DNA from: a virus
DNA length: 64,000 nt
IMG/VR virus record: IMGVR_UViG_3300017780_004980
Coordinates: 33,767 to 97,766 of that record
Reading direction: 5' to 3' (one strand)
Shown: positions 19,003-28,431 of the stretch, one piece after another
Position numbering within the stretch: the stretch's first letter is position 1
How the letters are laid out: each line of letters starts with the position of its first letter
The notes under the pieces: generated by a model
Told to the model about the DNA's origin: nothing
Databases searched by the model: none
The model's input: only the letters and a program-made list of their open reading frames with translations
Made by a program: the position numbers and the translations under genes

Positions 19003-19959
19003 CTAGGTGGTGGCGCCGATGTTGTCGTAGCGCACGACGGCGTCAGCTTCTTCGATCTGAAGGGCGACGCGGGCGGTCAGGACGATGATGTAGACGCGGG
19101 CAGTGATGTCCTTGTCGTACTCCATCGAGACCTGGCGCTGGATGCCGAAGATCAGGTTCTTCGGGTTGCAGAACAGGCCGTCGCTGTCGGGCATTAGCGC
19201 AACCGGCACCAGCGGCGAACCGTAGGGGCTGATGGCGCGTTGGCCGTTGACCACGTCGTCGCCGAGGGCGGTCGGGCGGTCGGCCAGGGTGTCCATGTAC
19301 TCGGTGTACTGGTCCACCGACACGAAGTGCCGCATCGAGCCGACGTCGCGCAGGTAGGCCTTCGGCATGGCCATCTTGCCGCGCTTGAAGGTCGTCTTGG
19401 AGATCGTGGCGTTGGCCCGGTCCACGACGTTGCCGTCCTGGTAGCCACGCTTCAGATACCCGTCCTGCATGGCGAGGTAGGTGTCGCCGCTGTCGTCGTC
19501 GGCCAGGATGCCGAGTTCTTCCAGGTCGAGGGCCGCCCGTTCCGCGATCAGTTCGATCAGGGTGGTGCGGAGGCCGCCGGGGCCGCCGTTGGAGCCTTCG
19601 TTGTTGGCCGCGCCGGCGCTCTCGATGTTGTCTTCCAGGACATCGTAGGGCAGGCGGATTTCCGCGATGACTTCGTCGGTGTCGAGCTGGATTTGCTCGG
19701 TGGTCGGCTTGGCGCGGTCGCCCGAGCTCAGGGCGGTCGAGGAGACGGCCTTGCGCAGGATGCGGCTGCCGAAGCCGATCTTGTTGATCTTGCGTTGCGG
19801 CGCCGACATGCCAACCACCCGGACGTCCTGAAGCAGGGTCGGCTGAATGATCATCTTGCGGATGAAGGTGTCGGCTTGTTCCGGCAGCAGCAGGCCGCCG
19901 TCGGTGGTCAGGTCCGAGAGGGCCAGATCGGCCTTACGGAGCAGGGATTGGTTCTTCAT
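19003..19959 (-). CDS. Major capsid protein (HK97 fold, PBSX XkdG-like)
   Basis: GGLLLPEQADTFI, KIGFGSRILR, LPYDVLEDNIE, NPKNLIFGIQR; follows protease and scaffold. Confidence 0.92.
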   Translation of the reverse strand: MKNQSLLRKADLALSDLTTDGGLLLPEQADTFIRKMIIQPTLLQDVRVVGMSAPQRKINKIGFGSRILRKAVSSTALSSGDRAKPTTEQIQLDTDEVIAEIRLPYDVLEDNIESAGAANNEGSNGGPGGLRTTLIELIAERAALDLEELGILADDDSGDTYLAMQDGYLKRGYQDGNVVDRANATISKTTFKRGKMAMPKAYLRDVGSMRHFVSVDQYTEYMDTLADRPTALGDDVVNGQRAISPYGSPLVPVALMPDSDGLFCNPKNLIFGIQRQVSMEYDKDITARVYIIVLTARVALQIEEADAVVRYDNIGATT

Positions 19960-19986
19960 TTCGGTAGCCCCCAAAAGGTTTGCTGG

Positions 19987-21171
19987 TTAGCCGCGCAGCC
20001 GCGCGACCTGGCCGGCGCGACGGTCGCGTTCGGCCTTCTTGTCATTCACGAAGGGATCGCTGAAGCCGGTGTCGATCAGACCGAACTGTCCGTTGTCGGA
20101 CCGGTCGCCCTTGCGGGTGACCTCCGGGTCTTCTTCGGTATCTGCTCCCACGATGCCCGAACCGAGCACGTCGTCCATCTTCTTCAGACCGGCGGAAGTG
20201 GCCGCGACCTGTTCGGTCAGGCTGGTCAGGGCGGTACCCTGCTCATCCTGCTTCTTGGCCACGCCCTCGACGACGCCGGACATCTTCTCGATGGCCGCCA
20301 TGACCGCAGCCAGGCCGTCCGGCTCGGCCGTTTTGGCGACCGTGGCGGGGGCATCAGCGGCGGGTTCGGGAGCAGCTTCCGGGTCCGACTTCTCGGCCGC
20401 CACAGGGGCGGCTTCGGCAGCGGGCTCGGGAGCCGGTTCCGCAGCGGCCGGGGCCGGCGCGGGGTCGCCCTTCTTGGTGCTGTCGGTCGTGGCCGCGATC
20501 TCCCCCTTCGGGGCGTCAGCCTTGAGGACAACATCTTCCAGCTTGAAGGCGTTGACAGGGATCGCCTTGACGGTCCCCAGAACCACTTCGGTGAAGTCGG
20601 ACAGAGCCGCTTTCACCAACTTGGCGGCATCGGCAGGCGAGGACGCCATGCCCATGGTGTTGTAGATCGTGTCCATCAGGGCCGAGCAGGCGATGCTGAC
20701 CATCGGGAGGGCGCCCTCCTGGGAGAAGACCTCCTTGAAGTCGCCGCTCTGCCAGTTGTAGCCCTCGAAGCCCTTGGTCAGGGTTTCCGGCATGTCGGCG
20801 ACGCCGATGAAGACGTGATCGTTCAGCTTGACGGCGACGTAGTCGTCTTCGTCGCGGAAACCTTCCTGCTTGAACAGGTAGCCGGTTTCCTGTTCCTCGA
20901 CGTTGTCGACGGTGAAGCCACCCTGGGTCACCAGACCCGAGGCTTCTTCCATCGAATAGGTCTTGGCGACGGCGATGAAGCCCACCGACGGCGGGGCGAG
21001 CACCTTGTCCTTCTTGCGGAAGGCGAACACCCCCAGGTCGATGCCAGCCATGTTGTCTTCCCCTGATTTGCGCTTCACCAGCCGGAACGGCTCGCGGTTA
21101 GCCCCGTGATCGACGAGAGAGATGAACTGAACTTTTCCGCGCGTCAACTCGTTTGCAGTAGTTTTGGACAT
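19987..21171 (-). CDS. Capsid scaffolding / maturation protein
   Basis: N-terminal ISLVDHGAN..F motif, Pro/Ala-rich linker, C-terminal coiled coil; directly before the capsid gene. Confidence 0.7.
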   Translation of the reverse strand: MSKTTANELTRGKVQFISLVDHGANREPFRLVKRKSGEDNMAGIDLGVFAFRKKDKVLAPPSVGFIAVAKTYSMEEASGLVTQGGFTVDNVEEQETGYLFKQEGFRDEDDYVAVKLNDHVFIGVADMPETLTKGFEGYNWQSGDFKEVFSQEGALPMVSIACSALMDTIYNTMGMASSPADAAKLVKAALSDFTEVVLGTVKAIPVNAFKLEDVVLKADAPKGEIAATTDSTKKGDPAPAPAAAEPAPEPAAEAAPVAAEKSDPEAAPEPAADAPATVAKTAEPDGLAAVMAAIEKMSGVVEGVAKKQDEQGTALTSLTEQVAATSAGLKKMDDVLGSGIVGADTEEDPEVTRKGDRSDNGQFGLIDTGFSDPFVNDKKAERDRRAGQVARLRG

Positions 21172-21912
21172 CTAAGCCCCCACCATTTTCTCGATAAAGG
21201 CGAACCGATGGGAGTGATCCCCAGATTTCTCAGTCGCCGTGCCACGCTTGATGACGTGGAGATGGCTCGTGCCGTCCGCGTCGGTGTGTATGGAAGTTCG
21301 GCCGCCGATCAACTTTCCGTCCTCGTCGTAGTAGACCTCGAACTCGTGCTCGTGGTCGTCCGAACCTGACTTGAAGGTGCGACCAAAGGCGACGCCCGGC
21401 GCCTCGATGACCAGCTCGGCCTCCTTACGGACAGCGAGCACCTCCATGCTGAAGCCGTTCAGAGTGCCGTCTTTCACCAGAGCCCACAGCTCGGGGTCGG
21501 GGATTTTCACCGCCACCACCCAGCTACCAGGGATCGGGAAATCCGGGTCGCCCTTGCGGACGATGAAGCTCTCGACCACGAAGCAGCCGTAGGCCCGGTT
21601 GTCGTGCATGACGTCGATGGCCTTCAGGTCGCCGTCCTCGGCGTACTTGTAGGCCATGGTCTCGATTTCCGAGGCCGTCATGAAGTCGTTGTGCGTGTCC
21701 GGCACGTCGGGCGCGTAGACGACGCCCCAGACGATTTGCTTGTCGGCGTCAGCCTTCTTGCTGAAGACCAGGTCCGCCCCAGGGACGTGGGTGATTTCGT
21801 CCATCACCGGATCGACGACGCCCTTGCGCCGGCCAAGCTGTCGCTCCTCGTCCGTAAGACGGAACGGCAGGAGCACTCGGCCCCCCAGCGCGTGTTTCGT
21901 GATCCCCGACAT
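21172..21912 (-). CDS. Prohead protease (XkdF-like serine protease) with His-rich C-terminal extension; start uncertain (21912 or 21804)
   Basis: QIVWGVVYAPDVPDTHNDFM, IDVMHD, VVESFI, GSWV, VKDGTLNGFSM. Confidence 0.88.
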   Translation of the reverse strand: MSGITKHALGGRVLLPFRLTDEERQLGRRKGVVDPVMDEITHVPGADLVFSKKADADKQIVWGVVYAPDVPDTHNDFMTASEIETMAYKYAEDGDLKAIDVMHDNRAYGCFVVESFIVRKGDPDFPIPGSWVVAVKIPDPELWALVKDGTLNGFSMEVLAVRKEAELVIEAPGVAFGRTFKSGSDDHEHEFEVYYDEDGKLIGGRTSIHTDADGTSHLHVIKRGTATEKSGDHSHRFAFIEKMVGA

Positions 21913-21933
21913 GCCTGCCTGTATCAGGCACTT

Positions 21934-21947
21934 TGCAAGTGGTTGCA
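21934..21947 (+). repeat. 14-bp motif (copy 3, portal/protease junction)
   Basis: Exact match. Confidence 0.9.
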
Positions 21948-21957
21948 AGACCCCTGC

Positions 21958-23562
21958 TTACGCAGCGGCGGGCGTTTTCACCGGGGTCGGCTTCTTGCTG
22001 CCGGGCTTCACCTGATTGGCCGTCGCGCTGTTCGCCGGCGCCGGGTTCTTCAGCCCCTCGATTTCAGCGGCCCCGCGCTCCTCGAATTCCTGGTCGGCCC
22101 CCGGGCGCACAGTCAGATGCAACGAAGTCGAGGTGTTGATCGCCTCAACCAGTTCAGTCGGCGTGATCGCCCGCGCATTGACGGCGAGCTCCAGGGCGGT
22201 GAGCTGGTTGGTCACATCGTTGACCGAGGTCGGCAGAGACCGGAACGCCACCGAACCAGTCGGGTCGAGCTCCCGGATGATGGTCGAGTTGATCGTGGCG
22301 TCGAACTCCCGGCGCATGGGGGCAAACACCTGGGCCTCGGCCATCGTGTACGAGGCGTAGGCGGTGGCGAAGGTGTAGTCCTTGGCCGACCCGACGAACA
22401 ACGGAGGCAGGCGCCAGGCGCGGCGGATGCGCTCCTCGCACTTGGCGTCGTAGTTCTCGAACATGCTGTCCTTCTGGCGCTCGTTCCCGAACCGCTCGAC
22501 CGTCACCCGGACGGAGCCACTGCTGTCCAGGCTGCCGCCGGAGGCGTAGGTCTCGAACACCGGGACGCCCTGTTTCGCGCCCGGCTTGGAGGCCAGGTAG
22601 TGCTGCAAGTCGATCTTGGCCTGCGTGGCCATGATCCCGCCGTGGACGAAGACCATGAAGGGCGGGACGCCGCCCGCGTTGAAGTAGTCGAGGTTGAACT
22701 CCTCGGCCTTGCGGCTGCCCAGCACCGACGGGGTCTGGGTGATCCAGGCCGGCACGCAATACGGCGTGTCCACGTCCGGCATCTTGGTGAAGGCCAAGAT
22801 TTCGGAGCCGAGCTCCTTCTTGGTCATCATCTTGACCCGCTCGTTCGGCTCCTTGAACTCGCCGTTCTTCTTGTTGATCGGCAGCGGGCAGCCGTATTCC
22901 TTGAAGTAGATGAACTTCGAGCCCAGCTGCTGGACATACCGGCGATAGCGCATCGCCGTGTTGACCTTGATCTCCTCCCCGCCCCGCCAGATCGAGATGT
23001 TGACGGTGATCGGCTCGCCGAGCTTCACCATCCGCATCGGTTTGGGGTCCAGGCGGCGAAGCATGACCAGCTGTCCGCGCATGTTGCGGACGATCTCGAC
23101 GTAGGCCATGCCGAAAATCTCGACGTCCTCGCCGATCTGCTTCCGCAGCTGGTTGAAGGTAGTCTTCGGCCAGACCTCGTCGAAGAATTCCAACACCTTC
23201 TTGGCTTCGGGCGTGATCTTGGCTTCGCCCTCCAGGTTCGGGTCCTTGCTCTCGACGACGTAGCCCGTCCCGTGGACGTTGGTCACGACCGCCTCGATGC
23301 AGGCCTGAACGGCGTTGCTCTGCTGGACGAGGCCTTGCAGGAGCTTGGGCAGGAACGGCGGTTCGATGATCCCCGAGGAGGCGCCGGCGACGCCGCTGCT
23401 GACGTACTTGCCGGCGAACTCGTCCTCATACTCCAGACCATTCGGCTCGACATCGGCCTTCGACAAGAACGACTTCATCGGCCGGATGAAGTTGTAGCCG
23501 ACCTCCCGGATTTGCTCCTGGGCTTCCTTGATCGTGACTTCACCGGCCTCGGCCATGAGCAT
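21958..23562 (-). CDS. Portal protein (PBSX/HK97 family)
   Basis: IIEPPF, FGMAYVEIVRN, YFNAGGVP, AWRLPPLFVG, FATA...AEAQVF.P motifs. Confidence 0.92.
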   Translation of the reverse strand: MLMAEAGEVTIKEAQEQIREVGYNFIRPMKSFLSKADVEPNGLEYEDEFAGKYVSSGVAGASSGIIEPPFLPKLLQGLVQQSNAVQACIEAVVTNVHGTGYVVESKDPNLEGEAKITPEAKKVLEFFDEVWPKTTFNQLRKQIGEDVEIFGMAYVEIVRNMRGQLVMLRRLDPKPMRMVKLGEPITVNISIWRGGEEIKVNTAMRYRRYVQQLGSKFIYFKEYGCPLPINKKNGEFKEPNERVKMMTKKELGSEILAFTKMPDVDTPYCVPAWITQTPSVLGSRKAEEFNLDYFNAGGVPPFMVFVHGGIMATQAKIDLQHYLASKPGAKQGVPVFETYASGGSLDSSGSVRVTVERFGNERQKDSMFENYDAKCEERIRRAWRLPPLFVGSAKDYTFATAYASYTMAEAQVFAPMRREFDATINSTIIRELDPTGSVAFRSLPTSVNDVTNQLTALELAVNARAITPTELVEAINTSTSLHLTVRPGADQEFEERGAAEIEGLKNPAPANSATANQVKPGSKKPTPVKTPAAA

Positions 23563-23567
23563 CCCCC

Positions 23568-23581
23568 TGCAAGTGGTTGCA
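23568..23581 (+). repeat. 14-bp motif (copy 4, polA/portal junction)
   Basis: Exact match. Confidence 0.9.
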
Positions 23582-23588
23582 ACGCCGA

Positions 23589-26003
23589 TCAGGCGGGCAA
23601 AACATACTTCTTGCAATCGCTCATATTCGTCCCGACTTCAAGGTCCACCGGGAAGTCGATCTGGTGGTTCCAGCCCATCGTGGACTTCAGGGGCAGGGTC
23701 GACATGATCTCCTTGACCCGGCCCAGGTAGTAGTCGGCATGCTCGGCGTTGACATAGCCGTACAGGTTGTCGTGGGTAGCTCCGGCGATCCAGAGCTTGT
23801 CCTCTCCGCCAATGTCGGCTTCGAGCAGGGCCGCCGCCCAGATGTTCATGTCCGACAAACAGCCCTGGACCGGGCTGTTGATCGCCTGGCGCTCGGCTTC
23901 GGACTTCAACTGCCAGTTCTTCGAGTTGATCAGGGGAAGGTGGCGGACCCGGCCAAGCGGAGAAACCACCCATTCGTTCCGGCGGGCGAAGTCGATGTAG
24001 TCTTCGTGCCACGCGACCAGACCCGGGTAGGTCTCGAAGAACTTGTTCCGTACGCCCTCGGCCTCCTCGGCCGAGAGCTTCAGGCCGTAGGCCGTCCGCG
24101 CGTACTCCCGGAAGCCCGGGGCCTGCATGCCGTACAGCAGGCCGAAGTTGGCCGGCTTGGCCCGGTTCCGGAACTTGGCGAACAAGGACTTGCCTTCGGA
24201 CCCCTCCTCCAGTTCGTTCAGCGCCAGGAATTCGTCGAGCTCATAGCCAGCCATCGACGCCCCGGTCACCGCGTGCAGATCGAGCCCCGCCTTGTAGGCG
24301 GCGAGCATCGTCTCCTCGTTGGCGAGACAGGCGGTGATCCGCAACTCACCCTGGCTGTAGTCGGCCGACCAGAACACCATCCCGGGCGGCGCCGGGAAGC
24401 AGGCGCGCAACCGGGGAGCCCAGACCTTGTCGTGCTTGGGCACCGTCTGCATGGCCGGCTCCTTGGCCGCCAGTCGTCCGGTGACCGTACCGCTGTCATC
24501 GGCACTGGTGTCGTCGAACATGGCGCCGGCGAACAGCATGTAGGTCGGATGGAACCGGCCATCGGGCCGCAGGTGCGCCAGGAAACCCCGGACATAAGTG
24601 CCGAGGAACTTCCCGCACTTCGACCACTCGGAGTAGGCCTTGATGAACGGACCCGCGACCTCATGGTCCGCGAACAACATCAGGTGGGCCTTGTTGATCT
24701 GCGGGTCCTGCTTCTTGTCCGTCACCATCAGCGGCTTCAGGTTCAGGCCGGCAGGCGAGAACAGGAAGTCCCGGATCATGGTGCCCCGGGTCAGGCTCAG
24801 GTCATCGGCGTAGCGGGCGCGGATGCGTCCCGGGATCATCTGGAGGGCGACCTTCTCCCACTTGGCCATCTCCTCCATGAGATCGAGCTCAAGCTGCTGG
24901 AACTTGTCCAGGTCCACCACCAGTCCCCGGTGCTCGATCTTCTCGAACGCCCGGGCCGCCGGGTGCAGCACCTTCGTGTAGAACCGCGACAGGATCGGCT
25001 GCTGTCGGAGCTCCTCCTTCATGTAGTCGGCGATCCGGTAGGCCGCGTCGGTATCCCCGCCGGCGTAGATCAGGAACCCCTCGGGGTCCTTGACTATCTC
25101 CTTCTCCATCTTGCCCTTGTCGGCCGTGGAGGCGAAGGGGTCGTCATAGCCGCCAATGGCCGTGTGCTCCTTGGCGTGCCAGTTCAGGCCGTTGCTCCGG
25201 TTCTCGTTCAGCAGCGATCCGACTATGGTCGTGTCCAGGCGGAAGTTGGTGCACTCAAGCCCCCACTTCACCCTGATCCAGTTGAGGTCGAACTTCAGGT
25301 TCGCGCCGATCAGCGCCACCCTCGGGTCGTTGAGAAGGGTGCGCAGCTCCGACAAAAAGAGGGACAGGTTCTTCGGGTCTTCGAAGTGCGGGTCCATCAT
25401 GTTGATGACGTCCGCGACCCCCTCGGCGACGGTGACCTGCACCGTGACGATTTTCTTCTCGGGGTACCACGGGTGGAAGCCCATCGTCTCAAGGTCTAGG
25501 GAGACTTGGATAGGCTTCTGTTTGGCCTCGTAGGACTGTCGCACATACTCTTGGACGTACTTTAGGGTGGTTGTGTAGGCGTACGTGCCGACAGGAGGCT
25601 GGAGGCTCTGGGTGGTCAGGTACCTGTGGGCCAGGCGGATGTCCCAGATGATCTGGCCCGCCTTGTCGGCCTCCATGTTGGCCAGGGCCGGGGAGAACGA
25701 CACCATCCAGTGACCGACGCCGACCGGCTGACCCTCGTTGTCGAGGCAGGTATGCGTGAACAGCTTGCCCCGCTGGCCGGTCACCGCCCGGTTCTTGGGG
25801 ACCACGCCCGCGTACTTCAGCTCCTCGTAGATATCGGAGCCCATACCTAGGACCAATTCATCGGGGTCCGGGTAGACTACCTTCTGGACCTTGTGCTCGA
25901 TGATCCGCCAGTCGACGACCGGCGCCAGCTTTGGCATCACCGTCTTGACCGTCTTCTTGAGGCCGGCGTCGTCGTTCTTGCACCAGAAAGTCAGGATGGC
26001 CAA
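23589..26003 (-). CDS. polA: DNA polymerase family A with 3'-5' exonuclease and degenerate UDG-like N-terminal domain
   Basis: Exo I DLETMG, Exo II NLKFD, Exo III YAGGD; TGRL; motif A ADYSQGELR; motif B RAKPANFGLLYG; motif C THDN. Confidence 0.95.
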   Translation of the reverse strand: MAILTFWCKNDDAGLKKTVKTVMPKLAPVVDWRIIEHKVQKVVYPDPDELVLGMGSDIYEELKYAGVVPKNRAVTGQRGKLFTHTCLDNEGQPVGVGHWMVSFSPALANMEADKAGQIIWDIRLAHRYLTTQSLQPPVGTYAYTTTLKYVQEYVRQSYEAKQKPIQVSLDLETMGFHPWYPEKKIVTVQVTVAEGVADVINMMDPHFEDPKNLSLFLSELRTLLNDPRVALIGANLKFDLNWIRVKWGLECTNFRLDTTIVGSLLNENRSNGLNWHAKEHTAIGGYDDPFASTADKGKMEKEIVKDPEGFLIYAGGDTDAAYRIADYMKEELRQQPILSRFYTKVLHPAARAFEKIEHRGLVVDLDKFQQLELDLMEEMAKWEKVALQMIPGRIRARYADDLSLTRGTMIRDFLFSPAGLNLKPLMVTDKKQDPQINKAHLMLFADHEVAGPFIKAYSEWSKCGKFLGTYVRGFLAHLRPDGRFHPTYMLFAGAMFDDTSADDSGTVTGRLAAKEPAMQTVPKHDKVWAPRLRACFPAPPGMVFWSADYSQGELRITACLANEETMLAAYKAGLDLHAVTGASMAGYELDEFLALNELEEGSEGKSLFAKFRNRAKPANFGLLYGMQAPGFREYARTAYGLKLSAEEAEGVRNKFFETYPGLVAWHEDYIDFARRNEWVVSPLGRVRHLPLINSKNWQLKSEAERQAINSPVQGCLSDMNIWAAALLEADIGGEDKLWIAGATHDNLYGYVNAEHADYYLGRVKEIMSTLPLKSTMGWNHQIDFPVDLEVGTNMSDCKKYVLPA

Positions 26004-26006
26004 TGT

Positions 26007-26555
26007 CTAGTCCCCGGGAAGCGCCAACTCCATTTGGCTTTGGGGGGCGAGCCTGGAAGGGGTCACCCACCCCTCTACAGTAGCCTCTCGGGCGGCAGAT
26101 GCAAGGACGTGGGGGCGGAGGCTTTCGAGGATTTCGTCAATCGGGGCCGGGTCCAGCTTTTCGAACAGGCCGGTCATCGCCGTGACCCGCCCCTTGATGC
26201 CGGGATCGGTCAGCACCTTGCGGCTGTCCAGCATGATCAGGTCGAAATCGGGCACGATGGGGCCCGGGTTGTCCGCCGTCGGAACGTACGTCTGTGTCGC
26301 CACCAGATACAGGCTGCCGCGCAGGTGGACGACGACCGCGATCCGCTCCGGGAACACGTAGTTATCGCCCCACTCGATCCGCGACGAAACGATCACGGCA
26401 TTGAACTTCATCGTCAGGCCCAGCGTCGGGGCCTTGACCTCTCGAACCACCTCGCCCCGGATGACCTGCTGGTCATTGGCGTCCAGGGTCATGTTGAGCA
26501 TGTCGGCCAGGGGGTACAGGGCCGAGGGGGTCAGTCTTTTCAGGCTGTCTGCCAC
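26007..26555 (-). CDS. Hypothetical protein
   Basis: 182-aa ORF tightly packed upstream of polA. Confidence 0.7.
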   Translation of the reverse strand: MADSLKRLTPSALYPLADMLNMTLDANDQQVIRGEVVREVKAPTLGLTMKFNAVIVSSRIEWGDNYVFPERIAVVVHLRGSLYLVATQTYVPTADNPGPIVPDFDLIMLDSRKVLTDPGIKGRVTAMTGLFEKLDPAPIDEILESLRPHVLASAAREATVEGWVTPSRLAPQSQMELALPGD

Positions 26556-26770
26556 CGGATTTTTCCTTCTTCAATACGGGCCCGCATGTCGGCCATCTTG
26601 GCCCCAAAATACCGAACCTCGAAGGTCCAGCCGGCCAAGCCGTTGCCGGCGCCGTCAGCCTTCTTGGTCACCTTCAAGATCAGAGGTTCGCCAAGGACCG
26701 CCACCGGGCCGGGCACCTCGACGGTGTCTCCCTCGACCATCTTCATCAGGTTTCTGGCAGATGCGTTCAT
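26540..26770 (-). CDS. Hypothetical protein
   Basis: Start MNASARNL in an ATGA overlap with the upstream stop; 76 aa. Confidence 0.6.
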   Translation of the reverse strand: MNASARNLMKMVEGDTVEVPGPVAVLGEPLILKVTKKADGAGNGLAGWTFEVRYFGAKMADMRARIEEGKIRWQTA

Positions 26771-27612
26771 GCGACCAGGGTCTCCATAATAGCCACGGGG
26801 GGCAGGGGGGTGCAGAGAGAGACCATCGAGCAAACCGCGTGGACGGCACCCAAAATCTTGTAGATATCGACGAAGTTGGCGCACTGGACGTGCATCGACA
26901 TATACTTGTCGCTCATGCCGCCATCGCCGCCGTTGCCGAACATGCCGGCCTGGGTCATCAGGTTGGCCAATTGTTGGCCATACTTCTCAAGCCGGATGCT
27001 AACCGAGTAACCCTCGTCGTCATCCTGTTCGAGGATACGGACCGCACAGGCTACGGCCGGCGACAGGAAGACGACAAAGTACCGGCTTCCGGTGCTTGTG
27101 CCTTTGACCGGATAGAGCAGCTGCGAAGCCGTCTCCAGCGCGGTCTGCGGGGCCGTTTTCCCGTTGCCTTGAAACACCGGATAGGCGGGTGGGGTCCAGA
27201 CCTTGGGGTCCGGGTCGACCGGGGTCTGGATGGTCTCTACGGAGGCCCCCACCAGGTCCGCGTCGCCGGTGACGGTCAGCTTGCCCGCTTTCAGATCAGA
27301 CTTAGGCGGTTGCCCGGGGCTCGGGGTTTGCATGAAGGTCAGGAGCTGCGTCAGATGCCCGTGCAGGATTGAGATCAGCGTCAGGTGCGCCGAGTTACTG
27401 AGGTCCGCGCCGCTGTCCACCATGGTCAGCAGCAAGTGCGTGGTCAGGGGTATCTGGTATCCCGCCGCCGTCGGCAGCGCCTTCGAAATGGCTTTCAGGT
27501 ACGCGCCGCTGACCTGGAACTCCAAGTCGTCGTCGGTCTGGACCATCAGGTCGTTCAAGACGATTTCGAGTTCCGGGGTGAACTTCAGGTCGTCGACTGT
27601 GATCTTCGTCAT
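26767..27612 (-). CDS. Hypothetical protein
   Basis: Start MTKITVDD after a GGAGG hairpin; 281 aa. Confidence 0.7.
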   Translation of the reverse strand: MTKITVDDLKFTPELEIVLNDLMVQTDDDLEFQVSGAYLKAISKALPTAAGYQIPLTTHLLLTMVDSGADLSNSAHLTLISILHGHLTQLLTFMQTPSPGQPPKSDLKAGKLTVTGDADLVGASVETIQTPVDPDPKVWTPPAYPVFQGNGKTAPQTALETASQLLYPVKGTSTGSRYFVVFLSPAVACAVRILEQDDDEGYSVSIRLEKYGQQLANLMTQAGMFGNGGDGGMSDKYMSMHVQCANFVDIYKILGAVHAVCSMVSLCTPLPPVAIMETLVA

Positions 27613-27681
27613 GTGATCCTCCGTGATCAGTACCTTCTGGACTTCCGTCGAACCTATGGTGTGTAGGTCTAGGTACGTCAT

Positions 27682-28431
27682 CTACGATATCTCTGCCCCC
27701 TCGGGGGTCAATATGGAAGCCGACCAGATGGACAGATGTTCGTTCAGGGGCCCGCCCGTCGTGATGATCTTGCCCGAGGCCGGCGGCTTGGTCGGCTTGT
27801 AGGCATCGAAGTCCTGCAACTTACCGCCCGTGATCTTGGACAGCGTGGGCTTCTTCGCCTCATACGAACCCCAGCCGGCGTGGTGGAACAGATCGGCCTT
27901 GCTGCCCTCCACCTTCTTGGCGCCGTAGGTCGCGTGCAGGAAGTTGACCTGCTTGCTGTTTTCCACCGCCTTCTTGCAGTAGTTCACCCGCACGAAGGTG
28001 ATCGGGTCGTCGTCCGCTGGCACCAGCCGGGCGCGCAGGGCTGCCAGGAACATACCGGTCCGGCCGTGGCCGCCGATGCAGCCACAGTGGATTTTCTTGC
28101 CCTCCTTGAGCCTGGACGCCGTCCATTGGACCATGTTCTCGAACTCAGAGGGACTGGTCGGGATATCCATGTCCTGGATGCGGAAGAAGACCTCCTCGCC
28201 CTCGGTCCAGGGGTAAATCTTCGAGGTGGGCCGCATACCGCTGTCGAAGCCGATGTAGATATCGGCGTCCTTGACGATGGGGCTGATGCAGCTGCCGCCG
28301 TAGATCGTCAGGCCTGGGGCGATTTCCAGAGGGGGGTGGCTTTCGTAGCAGCGGGGAGGTACCGGCCCTTTGGGAGTCTTGCTCTCCCAGCCGTCGAAAT
28401 CCTCCCACTGCTTCTTCTTGGGTTTAGGCAT
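27682..28431 (-). CDS. Cys-based (dual-specificity / PTP-like) phosphatase
   Basis: CX5R loop HCGCIGGHGRTG, upstream IQDMDIP acid loop, downstream AVEN..Q. Confidence 0.9.
   Translation of the reverse strand: MPKPKKKQWEDFDGWESKTPKGPVPPRCYESHPPLEIAPGLTIYGGSCISPIVKDADIYIGFDSGMRPTSKIYPWTEGEEVFFRIQDMDIPTSPSEFENMVQWTASRLKEGKKIHCGCIGGHGRTGMFLAALRARLVPADDDPITFVRVNYCKKAVENSKQVNFLHATYGAKKVEGSKADLFHHAGWGSYEAKKPTLSKITGGKLQDFDAYKPTKPPASGKIITTGGPLNEHLSIWSASILTPEGAEIS
27684..27711 (-). promoter_or_regulatory. Sigma70-type promoter
   Basis: TTGACC-N16-TATCGT. Confidence 0.6.
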
